Of a stretch of DNA of 35,845 nt, positions 7,882-16,341 are shown piece after piece. Origin of the DNA: a virus; the IMG/VR virus record IMGVR_UViG_3300017739_000038. One strand, given 5' to 3'. A program made the position numbers and the translations under genes. Below the pieces are notes generated by a model. That model worked only from the letters and a program-made list of their open reading frames with translations. It was not told the origin of the DNA and did no database searches. Positions within the stretch are counted from its first letter, which is position 1; every line of letters begins with the position of its first letter.

Positions 7882-8256
7882 TTAATTAGATTTATTATTT
7901 AGTTTTTCAAATGTTCTCATACCACCAAGTCCCAACATACCTACAAGAACTGTAATTAAATGTTCCATTTGTAAAGCAGGAGGTGCTGTCTCAGGACCAA
8001 CCCACCATATAAATAAATCTCTTAACACAAAATTATATGCAAGTGCAAAACCACATACCCAACCGATAAACGGTCTCCAACCTGCAACAAATATTGTTCT
8101 ATGTTGAGCTTCTATTTTATTTATTTCTCCTTGTAACTCTATAAGCTTCTGAGGGTCTATCTCTTTACCTTTAATAAGCTCTCTTATCTCTAACCCTAAA
8201 CCACTCAAATCATCTTTTTTACTAAGTCCAAGTATTCTTAATATTGTTTTTAACAT
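7882..8256 (-). CDS. putative holin (124 aa)
   Basis: A soluble coiled N-terminal part is followed by hydrophobic segments (TIFVAGWRPFIGWVCGFALAYNFVL, HLITVLVGMLGLGGM). It resembles the 3-TM holin family seen in GTA and phage lysis cassettes. It is adjacent to the endolysin. Confidence 0.5.
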   Translation of the reverse strand: MLKTILRILGLSKKDDLSGLGLEIRELIKGKEIDPQKLIELQGEINKIEAQHRTIFVAGWRPFIGWVCGFALAYNFVLRDLFIWWVGPETAPPALQMEHLITVLVGMLGLGGMRTFEKLNNKSN

Positions 8257-8287
8257 ACTGTGTTTAATGACGTACTATGTTTAAGAT

Positions 8288-8389
8288 TTACTTAAACAAT
8301 AATTTACTAATTATATGATTCCATTTTGATTTAAACCACTCGTTAAAGTTTTTAAATTGTATCGCTAACCACTCAAATATTCTTACCAT
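8288..8389 (-). CDS. small ORF (33 aa)
   Basis: Hand translation: MVRIFEWLAIQFKNFNEWFKSKWNHIISKLLFK. The ATG lies 3 nt after the preceding stop, within the lysis cassette. Confidence 0.35.
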   Translation of the reverse strand: MVRIFEWLAIQFKNFNEWFKSKWNHIISKLLFK

Positions 8390-8392
8390 ATT

Positions 8393-8536
8393 TTATTTTT
8401 TTAATAATTGTGTTATTTTAATTATTGTATAAACCAACGTAGCTATTATTAGAAGTCCTTGTAAATATTCATTTATCTTTGCGATTGTTATTATATAAAC
8501 ACTAATTCCTAATATTGTTGGTTCAAATCCGTTCAT
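8393..8536 (-). CDS. small membrane protein (47 aa, two hydrophobic helices), lysis-cassette accessory
   Basis: Hand translation: MNGFEPTILGISVYIITIAKINEYLQGLLIIATLVYTIIKITQLLKK. The ATG lies 3 nt after the fibre gene stop. Confidence 0.5.
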   Translation of the reverse strand: MNGFEPTILGISVYIITIAKINEYLQGLLIIATLVYTIIKITQLLKK

Positions 8537-8539
8537 TTT

Positions 8540-11533
8540 TTAATGTATTTTTTCTGCCCAATATATATATGTATCGCCATTGTCATTTACTCCTTGTTGA
8601 CTACCCATTGTCCAACCATCACTATCAAAACTTGATACTGTATTTGATTCTGTATCTATTGCAGATGTTAAATTAAAGAACAATGTTTTACCTGATAATC
8701 CTGATTGACTATTGAATACTCTCCAGGCATTACTACCATTTATTTGTTTAATCATAAGAAAATCTGGTTGAAATCCAAGACCAGTAATACTTTGTGTGCT
8801 TCCATTTCCTGTGTATGTACCAAATTTTCTTTTACCTGATACTGAATGAAAACAATATGCTATATAGTTGTCTGCTCTATCGCCTACACCACTATCATTA
8901 CCGACATTTATCACCGAAGATGTAGGTGCTGCTCCAAATATTGAACTTAAAGTATCCTCTGCATTAGATGATTCTAATCTTAAATATTGATTAGTATTAG
9001 ATAAATCTTTATGATAAACAAACCAACTTGGAGTACTCCATTCATAATCTTTTATAATTACAAATTCAGGTGCGGAGCTTAAGCCGTGACCAATAGTTTT
9101 TGCAGAACCATTAGCTGTTCCTTGATATTTCACAACACTGAAACCTGCACTTTGATTTGCATTTGCTAAAGATGTAAGATTACCATTATTATTTACAAGC
9201 CAAGTTCTACCTGCTCTCCAAGCAAAAGAGATATTAGTTTGACCGTTGGTATTACCTGTTTCATTACCAAAAGTAAATCCATCAAAAGCAAATGATTGTA
9301 AAGTAGCACCATTTTGTACTGCTTGACTTGTCTCTGTTGAATCTAATTTATTTCCTGCACCTCTAACAGAATCAAACCAAGAGAAAGAACCAGTTGCACT
9401 TGTAGCTTTTGTAATAACTAAATCAGGTCTAAAATCAAATCCATCTATGTAATGATTCGCACTTCCATTTCCTGTATAAGATTTGATATTAAAATTATAT
9501 TGCGTAGTATTATCTTGTGTAACATTTTTCTTCATTGCCCAATAAATATAGCTTTGACCACTACCATTTGTCATACCACTTGTTGATGGTACTTTAAAAC
9601 CATTTGTTTCACTAAACATTCCGTGGTTACTAAATGATTGTTGTGCTTGTGTTTGGTTAAAAGCATTAAGCGTCATACCTAAATCATAAGAGCTAAATAC
9701 TGCCCAATCCTCCCCAGTTGCATTTGTCTTTTTTACTACAACAAAATCAGGTGTAAATCCTGTTGTAATAGTTTGTAAAGAACCTGTACCTGTATAACTA
9801 CCAAAACTACTAAAGCCACTTATGTCTGTAAAACAATAAGCCATACAAGTTTGTCCACTTGCATTTATATCAGAATGATTACCAATATATATTACTGTAG
9901 ATGTTGGATTTCCATCATAAAATGATGATTGAGTTCCTACTGCACCATTTTGATTTAGATACATATATTTATCACCACCACCATAACTTGTGTGCCAAGT
10001 TACCCATTCACCATTTGAAGTTGCACTTTTGTAAATTACAAATTTTGGTGCTGCACTCAAACCGTGACCAAGTGTACCTGCACTCCCAGTACCAGTCCAT
10101 TGTACAATACTAAATCCTGCTGCTGCATTTGCAGAAACAGTTGTTGTAATTGAACCATTTGAGTTTGATACTGTATTCTCTGCTGCTTTTATAAACCAAC
10201 CATTATAAGTTTCATTTAAATAATCAGAATTACTTGGTGAAAAATTACCATAGAACTCTGTATTTTTTGCATTATAAGCACTCGGTCCATAGCTGCCACT
10301 TTCTTGGTCATCAACTCTATTAGTTGCTAACCATTTACCTACACCTCTGACTATATCAAACCAACCCCAATGATGAGCTTCACCTTTTGCTCTTGTTATT
10401 ACAAGACCTGCTCTAAAGTTGTTCATTATGTTTTTAGCATAATCTGAACCACCCCAATTTTCAGCAGTAAAACTTTCTGCTATTGTTGGTGTTTCATCTG
10501 CTGCATCTCCTCCTATTGCCAAATATAAATAAGTATTACCATTTGCATTTATATCTGAATTTGAATTATTAGCACCATCAAAATAAAACTCAGTACTATT
10601 AAAAGTTACATATTCTGCTGTATCATCATATTCAGCATCTGGTATATTAGCCCTTATTGATTTATCAGTACCTCGTTTAGAATCAAATATTCTCCAATCT
10701 CCTGTATTTGAAGTATTTTTGATTATAATAAACGATGCTTTAAATCCAATAGTTTGATTATTACCTTGACTTCCACTACCAGTATATGTACCAATTTTTT
10801 GGTAACCTTCTATATTTCTAAAACAATAAGCAATAAAATTATCTCCTGATTTATTTACTGAATTATCCCCACCTATACCAAACACAGTATCGTTACCTGC
10901 TTGTGCAGTTGTAGAATCATTTGTTACAGCTGGTCCTCCTACAAATACTGTCCTTGCATTATCACCAAGTTGTGGTGTTTGTATAATCCATTTATCGTTG
11001 TGGTCTCTATCCTTTATAATTACTAAATCACATTTTGCAGAAAGACCGTGACCAACAGTCCTTGCAGAATTACCATCACCTACATATTTAACTATTGAAA
11101 AACCTGCTGCATCATTAGCTTGTACTGTACTTGTAATTGTACCATTTGTATTACTACTTGTATTACCTCCGTTTGCGTGGAAACACCAGGCAACATAACT
11201 TTGACCATTACTGTTATAATTAGTATTTCCATCATTAAAACTAAACCCACTTGAATCAAATGAAAAAACACCTCTGTTTTCTTCAGCATCAACAGCACTT
11301 GACGAAAGTTCTTTTAAAGAACCTCTTGAACTATCAGACCATATATGCTCTCTTGATTGTCCTCTATCCTTTATCCAAACAAGGTCTGGTGAAAAATTTA
11401 GTCCACCAACTGATTGACTTCCCCCATTACCTGTATATAATATAGTATTAAAATGATTTGATGGTGTTATAGCACCACCCCCACCACCTGTGTCAGTTGC
11501 ACCTGCACCAATAAGTCGTTTATTTACACTCAT
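8540..11533 (-). CDS. large tail-fibre-like structural protein built from nine tandem ~110-aa modules (997 aa)
   Basis: Two module types alternate. One carries F.PD[LF]V.IK....W..DS.RG.....Y[VI]AWCF. The other carries GFS[IV]V.Y.G.G....GHGLS..P.F[VI]IK...W......IAYCF. Confidence 0.6.
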   Translation of the reverse strand: MSVNKRLIGAGATDTGGGGGAITPSNHFNTILYTGNGGSQSVGGLNFSPDLVWIKDRGQSREHIWSDSSRGSLKELSSSAVDAEENRGVFSFDSSGFSFNDGNTNYNSNGQSYVAWCFHANGGNTSSNTNGTITSTVQANDAAGFSIVKYVGDGNSARTVGHGLSAKCDLVIIKDRDHNDKWIIQTPQLGDNARTVFVGGPAVTNDSTTAQAGNDTVFGIGGDNSVNKSGDNFIAYCFRNIEGYQKIGTYTGSGSQGNNQTIGFKASFIIIKNTSNTGDWRIFDSKRGTDKSIRANIPDAEYDDTAEYVTFNSTEFYFDGANNSNSDINANGNTYLYLAIGGDAADETPTIAESFTAENWGGSDYAKNIMNNFRAGLVITRAKGEAHHWGWFDIVRGVGKWLATNRVDDQESGSYGPSAYNAKNTEFYGNFSPSNSDYLNETYNGWFIKAAENTVSNSNGSITTTVSANAAAGFSIVQWTGTGSAGTLGHGLSAAPKFVIYKSATSNGEWVTWHTSYGGGDKYMYLNQNGAVGTQSSFYDGNPTSTVIYIGNHSDINASGQTCMAYCFTDISGFSSFGSYTGTGSLQTITTGFTPDFVVVKKTNATGEDWAVFSSYDLGMTLNAFNQTQAQQSFSNHGMFSETNGFKVPSTSGMTNGSGQSYIYWAMKKNVTQDNTTQYNFNIKSYTGNGSANHYIDGFDFRPDLVITKATSATGSFSWFDSVRGAGNKLDSTETSQAVQNGATLQSFAFDGFTFGNETGNTNGQTNISFAWRAGRTWLVNNNGNLTSLANANQSAGFSVVKYQGTANGSAKTIGHGLSSAPEFVIIKDYEWSTPSWFVYHKDLSNTNQYLRLESSNAEDTLSSIFGAAPTSSVINVGNDSGVGDRADNYIAYCFHSVSGKRKFGTYTGNGSTQSITGLGFQPDFLMIKQINGSNAWRVFNSQSGLSGKTLFFNLTSAIDTESNTVSSFDSDGWTMGSQQGVNDNGDTYIYWAEKIH

Positions 11534-11536
11534 TGA

Positions 11537-12025
11537 TTAAATGTTTGGGAAATCGTATGTAATTACATTTGCCTTTTTTGTAATTGCATTAATTTCAGAT
11601 TCTACATTTTGTGATTGCACTCTAAGATTTTCTCTTGCTTCACTAATATCACTTGGCACTTCTGTTCCATTGTCAATATTTCTTATCACATACCAATCTG
11701 TTTTTGCAAGTTCACTTCCAATCCTATTTTTATAATTTGCAATCGCTTGTTCTTTTAATTCACTTAATGATTTAGACCAAGTTTTGTTAGATATATCTTT
11801 TTTAAATACTGTTTCCTCTGTATCCCAATATACCTCACCTAAATTATGTATTCTTTCATCATAAGAATCATCTACAATAACATCAAAAAGACCATTGTTT
11901 TGCATTTCTTCTTCAGACCAATCTTTTATGTTTAAATGTAAACCTGTTGAAGTTCTTAGTTTTGTAGGTAGTGAATTATAAAAAGTAATTGTACCCTCGT
12001 TATTTACTGCTAATCCTATTTTCAT
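11537..12025 (-). CDS. DUF4376-like tail fibre assembly or chaperone-domain protein (162 aa)
   Basis: The C-terminal part AKTDWYVIRNIDNGTEVPSDISEARENLR matches the tdW.v.R..e.g..ip.e....R..lR pattern of that domain. TAATG junction with the upstream gene. Confidence 0.45.
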   Translation of the reverse strand: MKIGLAVNNEGTITFYNSLPTKLRTSTGLHLNIKDWSEEEMQNNGLFDVIVDDSYDERIHNLGEVYWDTEETVFKKDISNKTWSKSLSELKEQAIANYKNRIGSELAKTDWYVIRNIDNGTEVPSDISEARENLRVQSQNVESEINAITKKANVITYDFPNI

Positions 12026-12789
12026 TATGAAGCTATTTTATTAATTGTTGCGAATTGTTCTGTTGAACCATTTGTAGATACAATACTAACTAGATGTTCA
12101 CCTGAACCATCATATGTACTTGCACCATTTAATTCTTTTACACTTGTTGGTAATGTTAATTGATAGTTACCATCTATTACAAGGTTTATTTGCATACCTG
12201 TTGATACATTTGCAAATGTTAATGTTGTGTCTCCTGATAATGTTTTTGTAAATACTTGACCTGCACTCCAATCAACACTCGTTCCTGAACCTAATGCAAC
12301 GATTGTTTTAAAACTTGCACCCAGCATACCGTGACTAACTGAACTTGTATCACCTGTTCCTACAAGTGTACCTGTTGCAGTAGGTAATGTAAGCACTGCT
12401 GAACTTGCAGATGCGTGTGGTTGTGCTTTTATTGTTTGAAAGTGTGCATTAGAACTTTCACAATACATTCTAATTTCAGCTACACTTCCTGTTCCTGTTC
12501 TCATTTGTATTGAGCCGTCTGCTATAGTAATACCACCTGAAGAACCATTACCTCCTATGTTTAAGGAGCCACCACTAAAATCTGCTTTTGCATTTGTTAC
12601 AGCGTCATTAGCAATAGTTAAAGAACCAGATGATACAGTTGCATCACCTGATATTGCTAATGTTGAACCGTTACCAAATAGAGCATATATTTCGTCTATG
12701 TTCGAGTTTGTCGATTGCATTGCAGTTCTTAATGGGTCACCAGTACCATCATTAGCTGAACTACCTACGTTTATTGCTGTTTTTGCCAT
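12025..12789 (-). CDS. tail fibre protein (254 aa)
   Basis: The N-terminus MAKTAINVGSSANDGTGDPLRTAMQSTNSNIDEIYALFG is the widespread phage fibre N-terminal motif (G..aNDGtGD.lR.a..k.N.N...ly). Confidence 0.65.
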   Translation of the reverse strand: MAKTAINVGSSANDGTGDPLRTAMQSTNSNIDEIYALFGNGSTLAISGDATVSSGSLTIANDAVTNAKADFSGGSLNIGGNGSSGGITIADGSIQMRTGTGSVAEIRMYCESSNAHFQTIKAQPHASASSAVLTLPTATGTLVGTGDTSSVSHGMLGASFKTIVALGSGTSVDWSAGQVFTKTLSGDTTLTFANVSTGMQINLVIDGNYQLTLPTSVKELNGASTYDGSGEHLVSIVSTNGSTEQFATINKIAS

Positions 12790-12801
12790 AATTTATAATT
12801 T

Positions 12802-12969
12802 TTAATATACTGTTTTATCTGCCGTTATACTTGTGTCATCTACCAATTCTTTTGTTGTATCTGCCGTTAAGAAAGAACCGTCTGCATCAAACGGATAAAT
12901 GCTTCCCCAACCATTCGTTTCATTTGTGTTTCCAAAGTTACTTACTTCATATATTGTACCGAATGACAT
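12802..12969 (-). CDS. small structural-module protein (55 aa)
   Basis: Hand translation: MSFGTIYEVSNFGNTNETNGWGSIYPFDADGSFLTADTTKELVDDTSITADKTVY. ATG start; non-repetitive, protein-like composition. Confidence 0.5.
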   Translation of the reverse strand: MSFGTIYEVSNFGNTNETNGWGSIYPFDADGSFLTADTTKELVDDTSITADKTVY

Positions 12970-13044
12970 CTTTTATCTTTTTTAAATAACTACTTAATTT
13001 AAATTCGTTTTCTTTCTTAGGCTTATAGTTTTGCTTTTTTTTTA

Positions 13045-13542
13045 TCATAGCACCCAGTTAGTAAAATTAACATCTCTGAACGGATACATACCGTCATCTT
13101 GACTTGCTGTATAATTTGCATAAAGATTACTGTTATTGTCCATATAATCAATAAATCTTTTTGCATAAAAATCTGCTGTTTCTTGTGCATGTTTTGTTAA
13201 TTGTGTAATCTCTGATTGAGATGCTGATGTAGCATTTTCGCTATTATGTTTATAGATTCCACCATTGCTAATCTGATATGCAGCATAAGGCATATAAGTT
13301 GCTTGTGTGTACCAAATAAGCATAGGTTTTATGTATGTATTTACTAAAGTTGCGTTATTTACAGATAAATTGTTGTTTATAACGCCAAGCTGTAGCTCAT
13401 CATATAATTTTGTGCCTAAATAATTTTGTATAATAGTATCTTGAGCTACTTCTACAAACTGTATAAGTTTATCAGTATCTACATTTCCATCTATTATAGA
13501 TTTTCTCTTTAATTCGTCAAGTGTGATAAATAATGCTTTCAT
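13045..13542 (-). CDS. putative head-tail connector / head completion protein (165 aa)
   Basis: It lies immediately downstream of the portal with a 4-nt overlap. FVEVAQDTIIQNYLGTKLYDEL...TYIKPMLIWYT resembles gp6-like connector families. Confidence 0.4.
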   Translation of the reverse strand: MKALFITLDELKRKSIIDGNVDTDKLIQFVEVAQDTIIQNYLGTKLYDELQLGVINNNLSVNNATLVNTYIKPMLIWYTQATYMPYAAYQISNGGIYKHNSENATSASQSEITQLTKHAQETADFYAKRFIDYMDNNSNLYANYTASQDDGMYPFRDVNFTNWVL

Positions 13543-15272
13543 TTTTTATAATTTGGATGATGTCCTCTGTTTGGCATATCTTTAGGAGCTATAGTTACTT
13601 CACTTGGGTTGTTAGGCTCTTTCATACCGTCATTTATTGCTTTAGATTCACTAATTAAGTTATCTTCAGACACTTTTTTCTTATAAACCTTCATTTCCCA
13701 ATAATGTTGACAATTTACACCACCTTTATACTTAAATAAACTATAATTTTGACCTTTATGACCTAATTCTTTGTTTACACCTCTAAAAGACATCAATGTT
13801 ATATCTTCTTTTCTAAATACTAACTTTCTTTCAGTTAAAATCTCCATTCTTTGACAGAATCTTCTGCTAGTAGGTGATTTTTTGATTGGACCATAAGAAT
13901 ATCTGATTTTATAACCACTATTGTCTTGTGAAGAGACCTTATTAGGTTTAGCATCAGACTCATTAGGCATTGAAAGCGTAGTAAAGTCAAACTTTTTTTC
14001 TGTATCTTCTACTTTTTCAGTATGAACAAGTTCCCAGTCATCTTCATCTATTTTTTCAGCATAATCTTCTAGTTGAGATAACAAATCATCACCTTCTTCA
14101 TCAGTAAAATCAACTTTTTCCTCACTAGACAACTTTTCACCTGTTTCTTCTTCTCTTTTTATCTTAGTTTCAATATTTTCTAGTTCTGTGAACTCTATTG
14201 GTTGTAGAGTAACAAAGTATAAATTTAAGTTTATACCATTAAAAGCTAAAAGCTCATTAAAAGCATTTATAAGTAATGTTTGAAACGGTCTAATAACAAT
14301 ATTGTCCATTAAAACACTTGCTGTTCTTAGTTCTTCTGCATTGTTTCCAAAACCTGTATTATCTTTTATACCAAGAAGTATTGGAGATACAACACCGTGA
14401 CCAATCATTATTTTCTCTCTAGATTCTTTAGCTAAAAACTCATATTGTGCGTGTGCATCAGGCAAGTTTATAGGTTCTACATTTGCTTGTGCTTCACTAT
14501 CCTCGTTAAAACACAATATAAATTTACCTGCATTAGAAGACCCACTAAATTTATCATATATTTTAGATTCTATGATTTGTTGAGCTTCGTCAGAAGGAAT
14601 ACCATTGTTAAAGTTTAACAACATAGAAGGCTGTAAGCCGTTTTGTATATTGTTTATATGATAATTAGAAACCTCTTCTTCTAAAGAACAATACTGTAAA
14701 CAACCTTGATAATCTACAGGAGCATAATAATAAAATCCTGCTTTGTATGGTTTTACACAAAATATTTCTACTGTTTCACTTTTTCTACCAAACTTATATG
14801 CAGGTATTCTTTTAGGTTTGTCTGATGGTTTTATATCTTCCCATTTTGGATGATAATAAAAAGCTTGTATCTTTCCGTCTTTTGCTTTTTCTGCTCTAAG
14901 AGTCTCTGTAGGAAAATGATGTAAATTCATTATCTTGGTTTTACTTTTATTATAAACAACTTGTATAGCTGCTTGACCAAGTAACTTTAAATCACTTACT
15001 ATTCTTCTTACATCTTTATCTTTTATAATTTCTTCCATTTGACCAAACTGCGTTGAGTTTGTCTCTGAATCAGTAGCATTTAAACCTCTACCATAAATTA
15101 AATCAGATATTCCGTTTATACATCTTGAATTTGTTGGACTACCTAAATATCTTTCTATTAGTTCGCCAAAATAATTGTTGTCATCACCATATTCTATCCA
15201 ATCGTTTTTAGGTGATTCTTTTATACTAGGTACTTCATACCCTGATAGATTTAATATTTTTATCTTGTTCAT
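13539..15272 (-). CDS. portal protein with a C-terminal MuF-like (SPP1 gp7-type) extension (577 aa)
   Basis: The portal core-like segment is SNAGKFILCFNEDSEAQANVEPINLPDAHAQYEFLAKESREKIMIGHGVVSPILLGIKD...RTASVLMDNIVIRPFQ. An acidic linker follows, then TSRRFCQRME...KGGVNCQHYW. Confidence 0.6.
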   Translation of the reverse strand: MNKIKILNLSGYEVPSIKESPKNDWIEYGDDNNYFGELIERYLGSPTNSRCINGISDLIYGRGLNATDSETNSTQFGQMEEIIKDKDVRRIVSDLKLLGQAAIQVVYNKSKTKIMNLHHFPTETLRAEKAKDGKIQAFYYHPKWEDIKPSDKPKRIPAYKFGRKSETVEIFCVKPYKAGFYYYAPVDYQGCLQYCSLEEEVSNYHINNIQNGLQPSMLLNFNNGIPSDEAQQIIESKIYDKFSGSSNAGKFILCFNEDSEAQANVEPINLPDAHAQYEFLAKESREKIMIGHGVVSPILLGIKDNTGFGNNAEELRTASVLMDNIVIRPFQTLLINAFNELLAFNGINLNLYFVTLQPIEFTELENIETKIKREEETGEKLSSEEKVDFTDEEGDDLLSQLEDYAEKIDEDDWELVHTEKVEDTEKKFDFTTLSMPNESDAKPNKVSSQDNSGYKIRYSYGPIKKSPTSRRFCQRMEILTERKLVFRKEDITLMSFRGVNKELGHKGQNYSLFKYKGGVNCQHYWEMKVYKKKVSEDNLISESKAINDGMKEPNNPSEVTIAPKDMPNRGHHPNYKK

Positions 15273-15634
15273 ATAATTATATATTTTTGAGCAACTTCAC
15301 TTGGGTCTTCATATTGATTATATTTATTACTGTTTAAAGTATGGTCTGTTGTATTATCAGTTTGTGAAGTACAATATGCTTTACCTCTAAATAACAATGT
15401 GGTGCCTTGTTTTAATTCAAATGAATAACTGCTTTCTTCTGTTAAAATAGTAAATGCTATAGACATTTGCAAGAAATTACCATTTGTTGAAAGAGATGAA
15501 GTTATACTATTTATTGTTTGAGTTTTTCTCGTACCATCTTCTAATATAACCATAGACAAGTCACTAGCAACTGTATATGCTCTAGGTATAATGCTAATTG
15601 TTTGTGAATTTGTAGTTGGCGATAATGTTATCAT
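15269..15634 (-). CDS. hypothetical virion-module protein (121 aa)
   Basis: ATG start with a 4-nt overlap with the portal start region. No family recognised. Confidence 0.5.
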   Translation of the reverse strand: MITLSPTTNSQTISIIPRAYTVASDLSMVILEDGTRKTQTINSITSSLSTNGNFLQMSIAFTILTEESSYSFELKQGTTLLFRGKAYCTSQTDNTTDHTLNSNKYNQYEDPSEVAQKYIII

Positions 15635-15666
15635 ATTTATATAACCTACTAAGTCTATTATTGTTC

Positions 15667-15695
15667 AAAAAAAAAGAGGACCTATAGTCCCCTCT
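15667..15695 (-). terminator. rho-independent terminator (minus sense)
   Basis: Minus strand reads AGAGGGGAC-TATAG-GTCCTCT (2-nt bulge) followed by a T9-10 run, about 25 nt after the stop of 15720..16268. Confidence 0.7.
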
Positions 15696-15719
15696 TTTAT
15701 GTTTAAGAACCTACCCTGT

Positions 15720-16268
15720 TTAAGAGTTAGTACCTTGTGTTACAGTTACTGTTCCAGTCATTCCTGCGAATGGGTCTGCTGCTGTAGCACCCTCTAAGAA
15801 ATTAGCTGGTTTTGTTTCCATACCAGTAAGCGTTAAAGTATATCCAGATAAATCTCCCATAGCTGCACCAGTTACAATAGTACCACCTGATACATCTGAA
15901 CCGTGTTCTGCACCCATTAGAAATGCGTTGTTATTGTAATCTTGAACAATTACATGAGGTCTTCCGAAAGCTAATAACTTTAATTCTTTGTGGTCTTGAA
16001 CAGTTAATTTATGTAATGTCAAGTTTAAAGTTTGCTCAAAGAATGTTGTACCATTTTCTCTTGAACTGTTGATTGTTTGTTCAAAAGATGAGTTACCTTT
16101 TACTTCGTACTCAAAGACTGTTACCGTACCTAAATCTTCAACTACATCTGTATCTGTTGAGTCATAAGCAATAGTTATATCGCCAAAGTCAGCGAAATAG
16201 ACAGCTTTTATACCACCTACAACATCTTTACAAGGTTCTTTTCTTCCTTTTGTTAAATCACAAGCCAT
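15720..16268 (-). CDS. abundant structural protein, putative major tail (tube) protein (182 aa)
   Basis: The gene is bracketed by two strong terminators and lies directly after the capsid gene. N-terminus is MACDLTKGRKEPCKDVVGGIKAVYFADFGD. The call rests on position and general resemblance only. Confidence 0.4.
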   Translation of the reverse strand: MACDLTKGRKEPCKDVVGGIKAVYFADFGDITIAYDSTDTDVVEDLGTVTVFEYEVKGNSSFEQTINSSRENGTTFFEQTLNLTLHKLTVQDHKELKLLAFGRPHVIVQDYNNNAFLMGAEHGSDVSGGTIVTGAAMGDLSGYTLTLTGMETKPANFLEGATAADPFAGMTGTVTVTQGTNS

Positions 16269-16284
16269 AATTATTTATTTTTAT

Positions 16285-16316
16285 AAAAAAAGGCAGGTAG
16301 TAAATTTCCACCTACC
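16285..16316 (-). terminator. rho-independent terminator (minus sense) after the capsid gene
   Basis: Minus RNA folds as GGUAGGUGG-AAAUUUA-CUACCUGCC (9 bp including 2 G-U pairs) followed by U7. The plus-sense version has a C-A mismatch. Confidence 0.7.
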
Positions 16317-16341
16317 TTTTTTATGTTATACAATTTATTTA

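Noticed and set aside
8518-8530. tRNA T-loop-like GGTTCAAATCC
   Set aside because: The flanking bases cannot form a T-stem (GTTGG versus CCGTT) or an acceptor stem. The site lies inside the 47-aa coding ORF. No GC-rich tRNA-sized island occurs elsewhere.
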